Shown: positions 52,001 through 61,452 of the stretch, in pieces | Position numbering within the stretch: the stretch's first letter is position 1 | How the letters are laid out: every line of letters begins with the position of its first letter | NCBI GenBank assembly: GCA_963762445.1 | Contig: CAVXLA010000004.1 | Location: forward strand, 358,794-422,793 | Length of the DNA stretch: 64,000 nucleotides | Reading direction: 5' to 3' | DNA from: an uncultured Chloroflexia bacterium | GTDB taxonomy: Bacteria; Chloroflexota; Limnocylindria; Limnocylindrales; CSP1-4 | Notes under the pieces: generated by a model | The model's input: the letters and a program-made list of their open reading frames with translations, nothing else | Databases searched by the model: none | Told to the model about the DNA's origin: nothing | Translations under genes and position numbers: made by a program

Positions 52001-53757
52001 CGTCCGGCGGTCCCGAGCACGGGACCCGCGAGCCGCACGCAGCGGAGCACGCCGCGGGCGGCCGGGTCGAGAAGCCGCGGGCGGGGCCCGACCGGGACCT
52101 CCAGGCTCATGACCGCGCGCTCCCGCTCGGGGTCGATCGGCGGGTTGGTCACCTGGGCGAAGGCCTGCCGGAGGTAGCCGGCCACGCTGCGCGGGCGACG
52201 CGCCATCACGGCGAGGGGCGTGTCGTCGCCCATGCTCCAGGTGGGCTCGCGGCCGCCCGTCGCCATCGTCCTCACGATCAGGCGCAGCTGCTCGGCGTCG
52301 AGCCCGAAGAGGATCTGTCGCCGGCGCGCGGCGTCGGCATCGAGCGCGACGTCGGGCGGGCGCGCGCCGTCCGGCGCCGGGTGCAGCAACCGCGGCGCCG
52401 GTCCGGCGGGCGCGGCGGCGATCGCAGCGCGCTTCGCCTCCCCATCCTCCCGGAGCCGGCCCGCGACGGTGTCCACCACGAGCAGCTGACCTGGGCCAAG
52501 GCGCCCGCGTCGCACGACCTGGCCTGCCTCGACCGGGAGCATCCCCGCCTCCGAGCCACAGATGACGAGCCCGTCACGGCGAACCTCGAAGGCGGCGGGC
52601 CGCAGGCCGTTCCGGTCGAGCACGCAGCCGACGCGCCGGCCGTCCGAGAAGACGAGAGCCGCCGGCCCGTCCCATGGCTCCACGCGGGCCACCGTGGCCG
52701 CCTGCCACGCCGCGAGGCCGGGCACGGCCTCGTCGCGAAGGTCGAGCGCCTCGGGGAGGAGCGCCATCACCGCCGCGTCGATCCGCCAGCCGGCGGCGAG
52801 GAGGAGCTCGAGCGCCTCGTCGAGCGACGCCGAGTCGGAGCCGGCCGGATCGAGGAGCGGCCGCCCCTCGCGAGCCAGGGCGCCCAGGCGCTTCCCGAGC
52901 ACGGCGCCGCCCAGGCGGGCCGAGCGCCCGCGCATCGCCTCGCGGTTGCCCCGCAGCGTGTTGATCTCGCCGTTGTGGGCGATCAGCCGGAAGGGCTGGG
53001 CGAGGGCCCACGACGGGTGCGTGTTCGTCGAGTAGCGCTGGTGGAAGATCGCGTACGGGCCGGCCACCGCGCCGCGCCCGAGGTCGCCGTAGAAGCGGCC
53101 CAGCTCGCCGCCGACGAAGAGACCCTTGTAGACGAGGGTCCGCCGGGAGAGCGAGGCGACGTGGAAGGCGTCGAGCCCCCCGATCCCCGCCCCGGCCGCC
53201 TCGGCCGTCCGCCGGGCGAGGACGAGGGCGCGATCGAAGCCGGCCGGGCCCATGCCGGCCGGGCGAGCCACGACGACGTGCCTGATGTCGGGCGCAGAGG
53301 CGGCCGCCTCGGGCCCGAGGACGCCGGGATCGACCGGCACGCGCCGCCAGGCAAGGACGGCGAGGCCCTCGCCCGCGAGCGCCTCGCCGAAGACGCCGCG
53401 CGCCGCCGCGCCGGCGGCCGGGTCGGCCGGCAGGAAGACGGCGCCGAGGGCCAGCCGGGCGGGATCGGGCGCAGCCACGCCGGCGTCGGCCGCGAGGAAG
53501 GCTGCGAGGGGGGCCGTGACCGGGATCGCCAGCCCCGCGCCGTCGCCCGTCCTCGCGTCGGCGGCGATCGCCCCCCGGTGGGTCAGCGACGCCAGCGCCT
53601 CGAGCGCCAGCGGCACGACGCGCCCCGAGCGGCGCCTGCCCCGGCCGGTCTCGGCGACGAACCCGACGCCGCACGCGTCGTGCTCGAAGCGGGGGTTGTA
53701 GAGGGGCGCGACGGGGATGGCCGGCGCGGCGGGGGCGAAACGTCGCGGTCGGTCCAC
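49018..53757 (-). CDS. gltB: Glutamate synthase large subunit
   Basis: EHDA-CGVGF N-terminal nucleophile, HQRYSTNT, HNGEINT, EPWDGPA, QVTNPPID, IKMAQGSKPGEGGQL, CDMARQCHLDTC 3Fe-4S motif, GXGXG domain. Confidence 0.95.
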   Translation of the reverse strand: MDRPRRFAPAAPAIPVAPLYNPRFEHDACGVGFVAETGRGRRRSGRVVPLALEALASLTHRGAIAADARTGDGAGLAIPVTAPLAAFLAADAGVAAPDPARLALGAVFLPADPAAGAAARGVFGEALAGEGLAVLAWRRVPVDPGVLGPEAAASAPDIRHVVVARPAGMGPAGFDRALVLARRTAEAAGAGIGGLDAFHVASLSRRTLVYKGLFVGGELGRFYGDLGRGAVAGPYAIFHQRYSTNTHPSWALAQPFRLIAHNGEINTLRGNREAMRGRSARLGGAVLGKRLGALAREGRPLLDPAGSDSASLDEALELLLAAGWRIDAAVMALLPEALDLRDEAVPGLAAWQAATVARVEPWDGPAALVFSDGRRVGCVLDRNGLRPAAFEVRRDGLVICGSEAGMLPVEAGQVVRRGRLGPGQLLVVDTVAGRLREDGEAKRAAIAAAPAGPAPRLLHPAPDGARPPDVALDADAARRRQILFGLDAEQLRLIVRTMATGGREPTWSMGDDTPLAVMARRPRSVAGYLRQAFAQVTNPPIDPERERAVMSLEVPVGPRPRLLDPAARGVLRCVRLAGPVLGTAGREALLALGRAGPADTRPWRIVVLDATWPTADGAAGPAGLAAALDRLVGEATGAACRGADLLVVSDRDAGPGRAPIPSLIAVGAVNAAFVDAGLRDACDLLADAGDAFDVHAVAMLLAAGADAVNPWHAIAVARGLAGSRGNEELDPEQAEANLLDALEHGLRKVLARMGISTLASYRGGQLFDVIGLAEAVVDRCFPAAPRTAGAATFDRLGAEALARHAAAYLEAPTPAAAPALVDPGFARFRADGELHAFAPAVVKATQALAAGHPTGVGPGAALAPAVEEDALDDQLAAYRAAVARDEPAMVRDLLALRRARPVPLAAVEPAPEIVRRFVSSAMSLGALSPEAHRTIAIGMRRLGAASNSGEGGEDPAAYEPDEDGERAESAIKQVASARFGVTARYLARAEQLEIKMAQGSKPGEGGQLPAKKATPLIAALRRGQVGMTYISPPPHHDIYSIEDLAQLIADLRAVNPAARIGVKLVASAGVGTIAAGVAKAHADYVLISGHAGGTGASPLSSIKSVGAPWELGLAEAHQVLVRQGLRDRIVLRTDGGLQTGRDVVVAALLGAEEYGFGTAALVAIGCDMARQCHLDTCPTGIATQRADLRAKFAGTPEQVVAFFMALAEDVRRELAAIGFRGLAEAVGRTDRLAAVGAAALDLDAVVGAPAWRLPSARAPQSPKARGRIAEAPVASPVDARLAGALAPTMAVLAGPDRPPRVVLSAALTTGERAVGARISGDLERARDRTGRPARDAGDGVAPIVVDLRATGVAGQSLGAFATDGVRICLDGLANDYVAKGLSGGIVVVRPPATAGFLAEREAIAGNTCLYGATGGRLHLVGRAGMRFAVRNSGATAVVEGIGAHGCEYMTGGVVVVLGPTGRNFGAGMTGGRAYLYDPDGRVAHRINAASVRARALRAHGIGGGPRPAEPCPAGERRPGAGDGPRDDAAEREAEVRALVAAHAAEGSGLAATLLARWETEIAAFWLVEPIGVRPAEARA

Positions 53758-54036
53758 CGGGGCGGCCTCCGTGCGGTCGCTGGGCCTCTCCGCATGGCGG
53801 GAGACCGACCGTACGCCCGCCGATCACGGCAGTCAGTGCCGCCCCGGCACGGACCGGTGGGGATCCGGTGACGCCCGGGTTGCCGTTGCGAACGGACCGC
53901 CCCCGGGGGGCACGCCGCGAACCGGGCCCGCCCCTGCGGTAGGCGGGCAACCGCGCGCCGGCCCACGACGGGCGACCGGCTCGGTGCCGCGAGGGTTGCG
54001 AATGGGAACCTGGCCGGCCTGCTGCACAATGGCCGC

Positions 54037-55041
54037 ATGAGCGAGCTGCCCCGCGTCCCGTCCCAGGGCGCCCCCGAACCCGGCGCCGCGCCCCATCCCA
54101 CGCGCGTCGCCGTCGTCGGCACGGGCGCCGTGGGCTCGACCTTCGCCTTCAGCCTCCTTCTCGGCGGCCTGGCAGCCGAGATCGTCCTCGTCGACGCCAA
54201 CGCCCGGAAGGCCGAGGGCGAGGCGATGGACCTCATGCACACGGTCCCGTTCGCGCGCACGACACGGATCTGGGCCGGCACCGTCGCCGACTGCGCTGGC
54301 GCCGCCATCACGGTCATCTCGGCCGGCGCCGCCCAGAGGCCGGGCGAGAGCCGGCTCGACCTCGTCCGGAAGAACGCGGCGATCTTCCGGGAGATCGTGC
54401 CCGCCGTGGCGCGGGCCAACCCGGACGGGATCATCCTGGTGGCCACGAACCCCGTCGACGTGCTGGCCTACCTTGCCTACCGCATCTCGGGCCTCCCCGC
54501 CGCCCGGGTCCTCGGCTCCGGGACGATCCTCGACACGGCGCGTTTCCGGGCCCTCCTCGCCGAGCACTACGGCGTGGACCCGCGGTCCGTCCACGCCTAC
54601 ATCGCCGGCGAGCACGGTGACACGGAGGTGCCCGTCTGGTCGTCGGCGAACATCGCGGGGATGCCGCTGGCCGACTTCGCAACCGCCAACGGAGTGGGCC
54701 ACGACCAGGCCCGGCTGCAGGCGATCTTCGAGGCGACGCGGGACGCCGCCTACCAGATCATCGAGCGCAAGGGCGCCACGTACTACGCCGTCGCCGCCGG
54801 CCTGATGCGGATCGTCGAGGCGATCCTGCGCGACCAGTCGACGGTGCTCTCGGTGAGCTCGCTGATCTGCGACTACTACGGCATCGACGACGTCTACCTG
54901 TCGGTGCCGACGGTGATCGGCCGCGGCGGCGTCGAGCGGACGCTCCGCCTCGGCCTCTCCGCCGAGGAGGCGTCGGGGCTCCGTCGCTCGGCGGAGCTCC
55001 TGCGATCGACGATCGCGACGCTGGAGCTCGACCGGGCGTAG
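54037..55041 (+). CDS. ldh: L-lactate dehydrogenase
   Basis: GTGAVG, AGAAQRPGESRLDL, NPVDV, GTILDTARFR, GEHGDTE, KGATYY. Confidence 0.93.
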   Translation: MSELPRVPSQGAPEPGAAPHPTRVAVVGTGAVGSTFAFSLLLGGLAAEIVLVDANARKAEGEAMDLMHTVPFARTTRIWAGTVADCAGAAITVISAGAAQRPGESRLDLVRKNAAIFREIVPAVARANPDGIILVATNPVDVLAYLAYRISGLPAARVLGSGTILDTARFRALLAEHYGVDPRSVHAYIAGEHGDTEVPVWSSANIAGMPLADFATANGVGHDQARLQAIFEATRDAAYQIIERKGATYYAVAAGLMRIVEAILRDQSTVLSVSSLICDYYGIDDVYLSVPTVIGRGGVERTLRLGLSAEEASGLRRSAELLRSTIATLELDRA

Positions 55042-55075
55042 CGGCCGTGCCGGGCGTAGCGGCCGGGCCGGGCGT
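55032..55075. repeat. Short tandem duplication (18-bp unit, about 2.4 copies) covering the ldh stop codon
   Basis: CCGGGCGTAGCGGCCGTG CCGGGCGTAGCGGCCGGG CCGGGCGT. Confidence 0.6.
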
Positions 55076-55287
55076 CAGGCCCGGTCGGACCCGGATCGCG
55101 AGGCGACCGCCTTCAACACGACCGCCAGCCCCAGCCCGATCAGCGCGATGGGCCAGATCTGGTCCCAGTCGAGCTCGGGCAGGGTGATCCCGAACGTGTT
55201 GACGAGGAGGTAGTACCCCCCGACGAGGAGGAGGATCGCGCCGAAGATCAGGGCGCCGACATCCACCTTGCGACCGGCGACGTGCAT
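55075..55287 (-). CDS. Small two-TM membrane protein (LiaF-TM/DUF5668-like)
   Basis: LIFGAILLLVGGYYLL...IWPIALIGLG pattern; GGGAG SD. Confidence 0.75.
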   Translation of the reverse strand: MHVAGRKVDVGALIFGAILLLVGGYYLLVNTFGITLPELDWDQIWPIALIGLGLAVVLKAVASRSGSDRA

Positions 55288-55416
55288 CTGGCTCTCCCGG
55301 GTCCGCCCCAGCCGCGATCGACACGCCGGCGGGCGGTCCGCGTGCCGGCGCCGAGCGTCCGCAGGCGGCGCCCGTCAGGCAAGTGCCGTTTGTCCCCCCG
55401 CGGGCGCGGCCGCGGC

Positions 55417-56844
55417 TCAGGGTGCTGGCGCCTCCCCCAGCCGGGCCCGGGCCGCCGCCAGCGCGGCCGCCACCCGGCCAGGAGCGGTGCCCCCGATCAC
55501 GTCGCACGACGCGAGCGCCGCCTCGACCGTCGCGGCCGCGCGCAGCTCGCCCGGAAGCGCGGCGTCGCCGACCAGGACGGTCGCCGACGGCTCGCCGACC
55601 TCGGCGAGGGCTGCGGTGATGGCGGCGTCCTCGAGGTCGGCGAGGCCGGCCCCCCGCCGCTCGGCCGCGGCGACGAGCCGCCCCACCACGTGGTGCGCAG
55701 CCCGGAACGGGACGCCGCGCCGGACGAGGGCGTCCGCCACCGCCGTGGCCGTGATGTACCCCTCGTCCGCCGCCCGGCGCATGGCGGCCCGGTCGACGGC
55801 AAGCGTCTCGACCATCCCCGCCATGACGCCGAGCGACGCCTCGAGCGTGGCACAGGCCTCGAAGAGCGGCGGCTTGTCCTCCTGGAGGTCGCGCTGGTAC
55901 GCGAGGGGGAGACCCTTGAGCAGGGCCAGGAAGCCGGCCAGGGCACCGATCAGGCGACCGGCGCGGGCGCGGACCAGCTCGGCGGCGTCGGGGTTCTTCT
56001 TGTTGGGCATCATCGAGGAGCCCGTCGAGAAGGCGTCGGCCGCCCGCACGAAGCCGAAGCGCGGGTTCGACCACCAGGTGATCTCCTCCGCCAGGCGCGA
56101 GAGGTGGACCATGGCCAGGGCGCAGGTGAACAGGAGCTCCGCCGCGAAGTCGCGGTCGGAGACGGCGTCGAGGGAGTTCGCGGTGACGCCGTCGAAGCCG
56201 AGCTCGCGCGCCGTTGCCTCGCGGTCCAGCGGGTAGCCGGCGCCGGCCAGCGCGCCCGACCCGAGCGGGCTCAGGTTCGCCCGGCGGCGGCCGTCGGCGA
56301 GGCGGCCCCGGTCGCGCTCGAGCATCTCCACGTAGGCGAGCAGGTGATGGGCCAGCAGGACCGGCTGGGCGGGCTGGACGTGGGTGGTCCCGGGCAGGAT
56401 CGCGTCGCCCTCCCGGTCGGCCAGCCCCACGAGGGCCCGCTCCAGGGCCACCATCGCCGCGTCGAGCGCGTCGCTCGTCCGGCGGGCCCAGAGGCGGAGG
56501 TCGGTGGCCACCTGGTCGTTGCGCGAGCGGCCCGTGTGGAGCTTCCCGGCGACCGCCCCGATCCGCAGGGCGAGCGCCTCCTCCAGGTTCATGTGGACGT
56601 CCTCGAGGGCCGGGTCCCAGGCCAGCGTCCCAGCCTCCACGTCGCGCCGCAGCCCGTCGAGGCCCGCCAGGAGCTGCTCCACCTCGGCGGGGGCAAGCAG
56701 CCCGGCCCGTCCGAGGCCCCGGACGTGGGCGCCCGACCCGGCGAGATCGTCGAGGGCGAGGGCGCGGTCGACCTCGATCGAGCGGGTGAAGTCGGCCATC
56801 CGCTGGTCGGTGACTCCCGCGAAGCGCCCGCCCCAGAGCCGCAT
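55417..56844 (-). CDS. argH: Argininosuccinate lyase
   Basis: LWGGRF, EDVHMNLE, HTGRSRNDQ, PGTTHVQPAQP, GSSMMPNKKNPD, RDLQEDK. Confidence 0.96.
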   Translation of the reverse strand: MRLWGGRFAGVTDQRMADFTRSIEVDRALALDDLAGSGAHVRGLGRAGLLAPAEVEQLLAGLDGLRRDVEAGTLAWDPALEDVHMNLEEALALRIGAVAGKLHTGRSRNDQVATDLRLWARRTSDALDAAMVALERALVGLADREGDAILPGTTHVQPAQPVLLAHHLLAYVEMLERDRGRLADGRRRANLSPLGSGALAGAGYPLDREATARELGFDGVTANSLDAVSDRDFAAELLFTCALAMVHLSRLAEEITWWSNPRFGFVRAADAFSTGSSMMPNKKNPDAAELVRARAGRLIGALAGFLALLKGLPLAYQRDLQEDKPPLFEACATLEASLGVMAGMVETLAVDRAAMRRAADEGYITATAVADALVRRGVPFRAAHHVVGRLVAAAERRGAGLADLEDAAITAALAEVGEPSATVLVGDAALPGELRAAATVEAALASCDVIGGTAPGRVAAALAAARARLGEAPAP

Positions 56845-56866
56845 CGGTCCCTCCTTGCGCCGCCGA

Positions 56867-58072
56867 TCAGCCCGGCGTCGCGGGGAATGGTAGCGGCACG
56901 GCTTCGTCCTGCTCCGTGACGACGTGCTCGCCGCGCCGCGGGAAGACGAGGAGGGCCAGCAGCCCGGCCGCGACGGCGAAGACGGCCGCGACGGCGAAGA
57001 CCGCGGCCGACCCCAGCGCGCCGTACAGCACGCCGCCGCCGACGTTCGCCACGATCGCCGCGACGCCGAACCCGGTGACCTGGTAGAGCCCCTGGCCGGT
57101 CGCCTGGAGGCGCGGCGGGAGGAGGACGGCCATCGTCAGCACGCTCCCCACCCAGAGCCCCGCGAAGGCGACCCCGGTCGCCAGGCGGGTGGCCACGATG
57201 AGGAGCGGGCTGTCCAGCACGGTCCACGAGACGAAGCACGCGGCGTAGATGAGGACGCTCCCGCCGACCAGGCCGCGGATCCCGATGCGGGCCGCGATCG
57301 CCCCCGTGAGGAGCATGGCCGGGATCTCGGCGAAGGCGGAGACGGCCACGTTGAGGGCCACGTCGGACGGCCCGCCACCGAGCTCCACGAGGCGGAGCGG
57401 CAGGTAGGTGAAGCCCGCGACGATTCCGACGTGGACCAGGAAGAGGGCGAGGAGCACCCGGCGCAGGCGCGGCTGGATCCGCAGCGCGACCATGAACGAG
57501 CCGCCCCGGGTGCGGCCGCGGGCGACCGCCGCAAGGTCGGCGCGGGCAAGGTCGGGCGCCCGGATCGCGGCCAGCGCGAGGGCGATCGACAGCACGGCGC
57601 AGAGCACGAAGGCCGGGCCGTAGCCGGTCCGGTCGTAGGCGAACCCGGCGCTGGCCGAGACGACGCCGAAGCCAAGCGAGGAGAGGAGGCGGATGCGACC
57701 GTACTCGCGGCCGTGGTCGACGATCGCGTTGACCGCCAGGGCGTCGCCCAGCGGGCCCCAGGCGCTCTCGAAGAAGCTGAAGCCGACGAACCCGAGGCTG
57801 ACTACCACGAGGGCAACGGGGGCACCGGCAAGGAGCACGAAGACGGCCGCTCCCACCGCCGAGAGGGCCAGGGCGCGGCGGCGGCCGAGGATCACGTCGG
57901 CGACGTGGCCCCAGGCGGGGACCGCCACCGAGAAGGCAGCCGAGGAGGCGGCCGTGACGATGCCGATCCCCTCCGGCGGCACGCCGCGGCCGGCGAGGAT
58001 CACCGAGATGAAGGGATAGAAGACACCGAGGGCTGCCCCGTTGAGCAGGAAGACGGCGCGCAGGGCTCGCAT
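56867..58072 (-). CDS. MFS transporter (PPP/MFS_1-like)
   Basis: About 12 TMs, WGHVADVILGRRR, YGRIRLLSSLGF, AEIP, QATGQGL. Confidence 0.88.
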   Translation of the reverse strand: MRALRAVFLLNGAALGVFYPFISVILAGRGVPPEGIGIVTAASSAAFSVAVPAWGHVADVILGRRRALALSAVGAAVFVLLAGAPVALVVVSLGFVGFSFFESAWGPLGDALAVNAIVDHGREYGRIRLLSSLGFGVVSASAGFAYDRTGYGPAFVLCAVLSIALALAAIRAPDLARADLAAVARGRTRGGSFMVALRIQPRLRRVLLALFLVHVGIVAGFTYLPLRLVELGGGPSDVALNVAVSAFAEIPAMLLTGAIAARIGIRGLVGGSVLIYAACFVSWTVLDSPLLIVATRLATGVAFAGLWVGSVLTMAVLLPPRLQATGQGLYQVTGFGVAAIVANVGGGVLYGALGSAAVFAVAAVFAVAAGLLALLVFPRRGEHVVTEQDEAVPLPFPATPG

Positions 58073-58146
58073 GTGCCGCCATGGTACGTGGATGGGACCG
58101 GCCCGCCCGCCCCGCGCAGCCATCGCCGCCGTGGCAGACTCCGCCG

Positions 58147-59083
58147 GTGACCCCCGACCCCGCGCGACCGGCTCCCGACGCGCCGGTCGTTCCTCCCCGC
58201 CCGGCCGCCGGCTACGCCGTTCTGCTGGGCACGCTGGGCCTCATGTGGGGCAGCAGCTACCTCTTCATCAAGATCGGGGTCGAGACGCTGCCGCCGCTCA
58301 GCCTCGTGCTCCTGCGCGTCCTCGTCGGCCTCGGGATCCTCCTCGTGGTCGTCGCCGCCCGGCGCACCCCGCTCCCTCGCGACCCCCGGACGATCGCCCA
58401 CCTCGTCGTCCTGGGCGCCGTCAACATCGCGATCCCGTTCTGGCTGATCTCCTGGGCCGAGCAGCACATCGCCTCGGGCCTGGCCGGGATCCTGCAGGCG
58501 ACCTCGCCGTTCTTCACCCTCGTCGTCGCCGCGAGCTTCGTCCACGACGAGCACATCACGCGGGGACGGCTCGGGGGGATCGCCCTCGGCTTCGCCGGCA
58601 TCGTCCTCCTCTCGGCCGAGGACATCGCCGGCCTGGGCAGCGCGGGCGGCCTCGAGCGCGTCCTGGCCGAGCTGGCGGTCGTCGGCGCGTCGCTCGCCTA
58701 CGCGATCGGCAACACGTACGCCCGGCGCTACCTGCGGACCGCCCGCCCGCTCGTGCTGGCGACCGGCCAGGTGGGCGGCGCCGCCGTCATCGTCGGCGCG
58801 CTCGCGCTGCTCGTGGATGGGGGCGTCACCCTGCCGGCCGTGCCGGAGGCCGCCTTCGCCGTCGCCTGGCTGGGGGCGATCGGCACCGGGTTCGCCTACA
58901 TCGTCTTCTTCCGGCTGCTCACCGGGTGGGGCCCGACGCGGGCCAGCCTGGTCGCCTACCTCCTGCCGGTCGTGGCGGTGATCCTGGGCGTCGTCGTTCC
59001 TCGGCGAGACGGTCGACGCGCTCTTCGTGGCCGGGGCGGCGCTCATCGTGGCCGGCGTCTGGGTCGTCAACCGGCGCGGCTGA
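58147..59083 (+). CDS. EamA/DMT family transporter; +1 frameshift near 58997
   Basis: MWGSSYLFIK, GPTRASLVAYLLPVVAVILG; the natural end FLGETV...VWVVNRRG* lies in the next frame. Confidence 0.85.
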
Positions 59084-59095
59084 CCGTGACGGGCA

Positions 59096-59760
59096 TCAGG
59101 CGCGGCCGGCCCGGACCTCCTCGCCCGCCGCGCAGCCGACCACGTGGTCGTTCACCAGGCCGGTCGCCTGCATGAACGCGTAGCAGACGGTCGGGCCGAC
59201 GAACCGGAAGCCGCGCCGCTTCAGCTCCCGGCTCATCGCCCGCGACTTCGTCCGTCTCGGCCGGCAGCTCGCCGAGGTTCGGCGGCCCGCCGGTCGCGGG
59301 GCACGCCGCCGACGAAGCCCCACAGGAGGCCGGGCAGCGTCTCGCCGTCGTCGGCCAGGGCGAGGACCGCCCGGGCGTTCGCGATCGCGCTGTCCACCTT
59401 GAGGCGGTTGCGGACGATCCCCGGGTCGGCGAGGAGGCGGGCCACGTCGCCGTCCCCGAAGCCGGCGACGACCGCCGCGTCGAAGCCGGCGAACGCGCGC
59501 CGGTAGCCCTCCCGCTTGCGCAGGATCGTCGACCACGAGAGGCCCGCCTGGGCGCCCTCGAGGACGAGCATCTCGAAGAGGTGCCGCTCGTCGCGGGACG
59601 GGCGGCCCCACTCCTCGTCGTGGTAGGCCCGGTAGAGCGGGTCGCCCTCGACGCCCCAGGCGCAGCGGGCGACCCCGTCCGGGCCGACGGTGACCGTCCG
59701 CGCCGCCCACGGGTTGGCGGGCGGCGAGGCGGGCGCGGACGGCGCGGCTTCCTCCCCCAT
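59096..59760 (-). CDS. tag: DNA-3-methyladenine glycosylase I, with two apparent frameshifts (59245-59295)
   Basis: RCAW, YHDEEWG, LEGAQAGLSWSTILRKRE, IVRNRLK, then LKRRGFRFVGPT..YAFMQATGLVNDH in another frame. Confidence 0.88.
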
Positions 59761-61451
59761 CAGTCGACGTCGCGCCGCGCGCATCCCCCATGCGCCCGAG
59801 CAGGATGCCCGCCGACGGCGATGACCAGGGAGGCCACGACGCCGACCATGTCCCACTCGCCCACCATCGGCTTGCCGAAGTGGGCGGTCAGGGCGAGCTG
59901 GTGGAGCCAGTCGGGCAGGTTCAGCGGCGGCGCCACGAGGTCGAGCAGGTACGTGGCCACGACGACGAGGGCGGCGATCTCGGCCGCGATCGACGTCCGC
60001 CACACGCCGCCGACGGCCACGCCGATCCCGACGATCGCGGCCGCGTACAGGCCGAGCGAGGCACAGCCGAGCATCGCGTCGCCGGCGGCGAGGCCACCCA
60101 CGGCCGAGCCGAGCCCGACCCCGGCCGCGAACAGGACGGTCGTCACGACGACCGCGAGGAGCGCGGCCGCGCCACCGGCGAGGACCCAGCGGGCCCGGGC
60201 CATCGGCGTGCCCAGGACCATCTCCAGCCGGCCGTCCCCCTCGTCCGACGCCCACTTGGACACGAACGTGGCCGCCGCGAAGCCGGCGGCGATGTAGAGC
60301 AGCTCCACGTAGAACTGCATCCACCCGCCGGTCGACGAGAAGTCGGCATCGGGGAAGATCATGGCGAAGCTGTTCAGGAGGCCGGAGGAGCTCGAGATCT
60401 GGTCCGCCAGGGCCCCGGCGAGCGACGCGTAGAGGATCCCGATCAGGCCGAGGCCGATCCCCCACGAGAGCGCCCGGGGAAGCTGGTCGCCGAACGCCCG
60501 GGCCGTCGGCCCGTGGACGCCGAGGACCGCCGCCGGCAGCTGGGGGAGCGAGAGGCCGGCCGTGACGCCCAGGTCGCGGCGGGCGAAGAGCTCGACGCCG
60601 ATCGCCACGAGGACGACGCCGAGGATCCCCACGAGCGCAAGCGACGGCCAGTCGTAGATGCCGACGAGCGGGACGTGGTCGAACGTCCAGTTGAACGGGC
60701 TCAGGATGAGCAGCGGACCGCCGACGTTCAGGCCGTTCGTGATCCACAGGGCACCCATCCCGAGGCCGGCGATCCCGGCCGAGCCGGCGCGGCCGAGGAG
60801 CGGCGCGAGGGCGAACGCGAGACCGCCGAAGAACATCGCGATGAAGCCGACCCAGAGGGCGAAGCCGGCGGAGGACAGCAGCGGGATCTGGTCGCCGAGG
60901 GCGGCGTCCCCGAAGACGTTCGAGCTGAAGGTCGTCATGAGGGCGAGGACCACCATCGCCAGCCAGAGCAGGGTCAGGTGGGCGGCCAGCTTCTCGAGGG
61001 CGATGCGCCGCTTGCCGAACGGAGCCGCCGCGACGAAGTCGAGGCTCCCGCGACGCGCCTCGCCGGCCAGGGTCCCGGACAGGGCCATGATCGACCAGAT
61101 GGCCGTGCCGAGGGCGAAGATCGCGCTGTACTTGAAGGTGACGTAGCCGCCCAGCGTGCCGACCTTCGAGCCGATGGCCTCGACGTTGCCGAACAGGTTC
61201 ATCATCGACGCGGGGATGCTCCCGAAGAGCGCGTCCACCTCGAGCCTGGCGGCCGGCGTCGGGAAGATGTTCGACACGGCGACGCCCATGACGAGCGCCA
61301 TCCCGCCGAGCAGGCCGGCGGCGATGATGAAGGCGAGGCGGGAGTCGCGGATCGTCTTGCCGTAGATGGAGCCGAAGCCGTAGAGCTTGCGGCGCAGCGG
61401 GATCGGGGGGAAGGCCGTCGCCCGCTCGGGGCTGCCTGCCTGGACCGCCAT
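59760..61451 (-). CDS. ABC-2 type exporter permease (two tandem ABC-2 halves)
   Basis: Two repeats with AGEARRGSLD and ASDEGDGRLE, each ending RRD; many TMs. Confidence 0.85.
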   Translation of the reverse strand: MAVQAGSPERATAFPPIPLRRKLYGFGSIYGKTIRDSRLAFIIAAGLLGGMALVMGVAVSNIFPTPAARLEVDALFGSIPASMMNLFGNVEAIGSKVGTLGGYVTFKYSAIFALGTAIWSIMALSGTLAGEARRGSLDFVAAAPFGKRRIALEKLAAHLTLLWLAMVVLALMTTFSSNVFGDAALGDQIPLLSSAGFALWVGFIAMFFGGLAFALAPLLGRAGSAGIAGLGMGALWITNGLNVGGPLLILSPFNWTFDHVPLVGIYDWPSLALVGILGVVLVAIGVELFARRDLGVTAGLSLPQLPAAVLGVHGPTARAFGDQLPRALSWGIGLGLIGILYASLAGALADQISSSSGLLNSFAMIFPDADFSSTGGWMQFYVELLYIAAGFAAATFVSKWASDEGDGRLEMVLGTPMARARWVLAGGAAALLAVVVTTVLFAAGVGLGSAVGGLAAGDAMLGCASLGLYAAAIVGIGVAVGGVWRTSIAAEIAALVVVATYLLDLVAPPLNLPDWLHQLALTAHFGKPMVGEWDMVGVVASLVIAVGGHPARAHGGCARRDVD

Positions 61452-61452
61452 G

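Noticed and set aside
48274-53871. 1865-aa + strand ORF and other long ORFs (8726..11530, 25765..28794, 37598..40528)
   Set aside because: Antisense shadows of real genes (gltB, aceE and others); long open frames are expected at this GC content and show no motifs.
53860-53900. SAM riboswitch upstream of gltB (CGGCAACC on the minus strand)
   Set aside because: Other SAM-I/IV core elements (ATC..GAG, kink-turn, GGTGC.AA) are absent.
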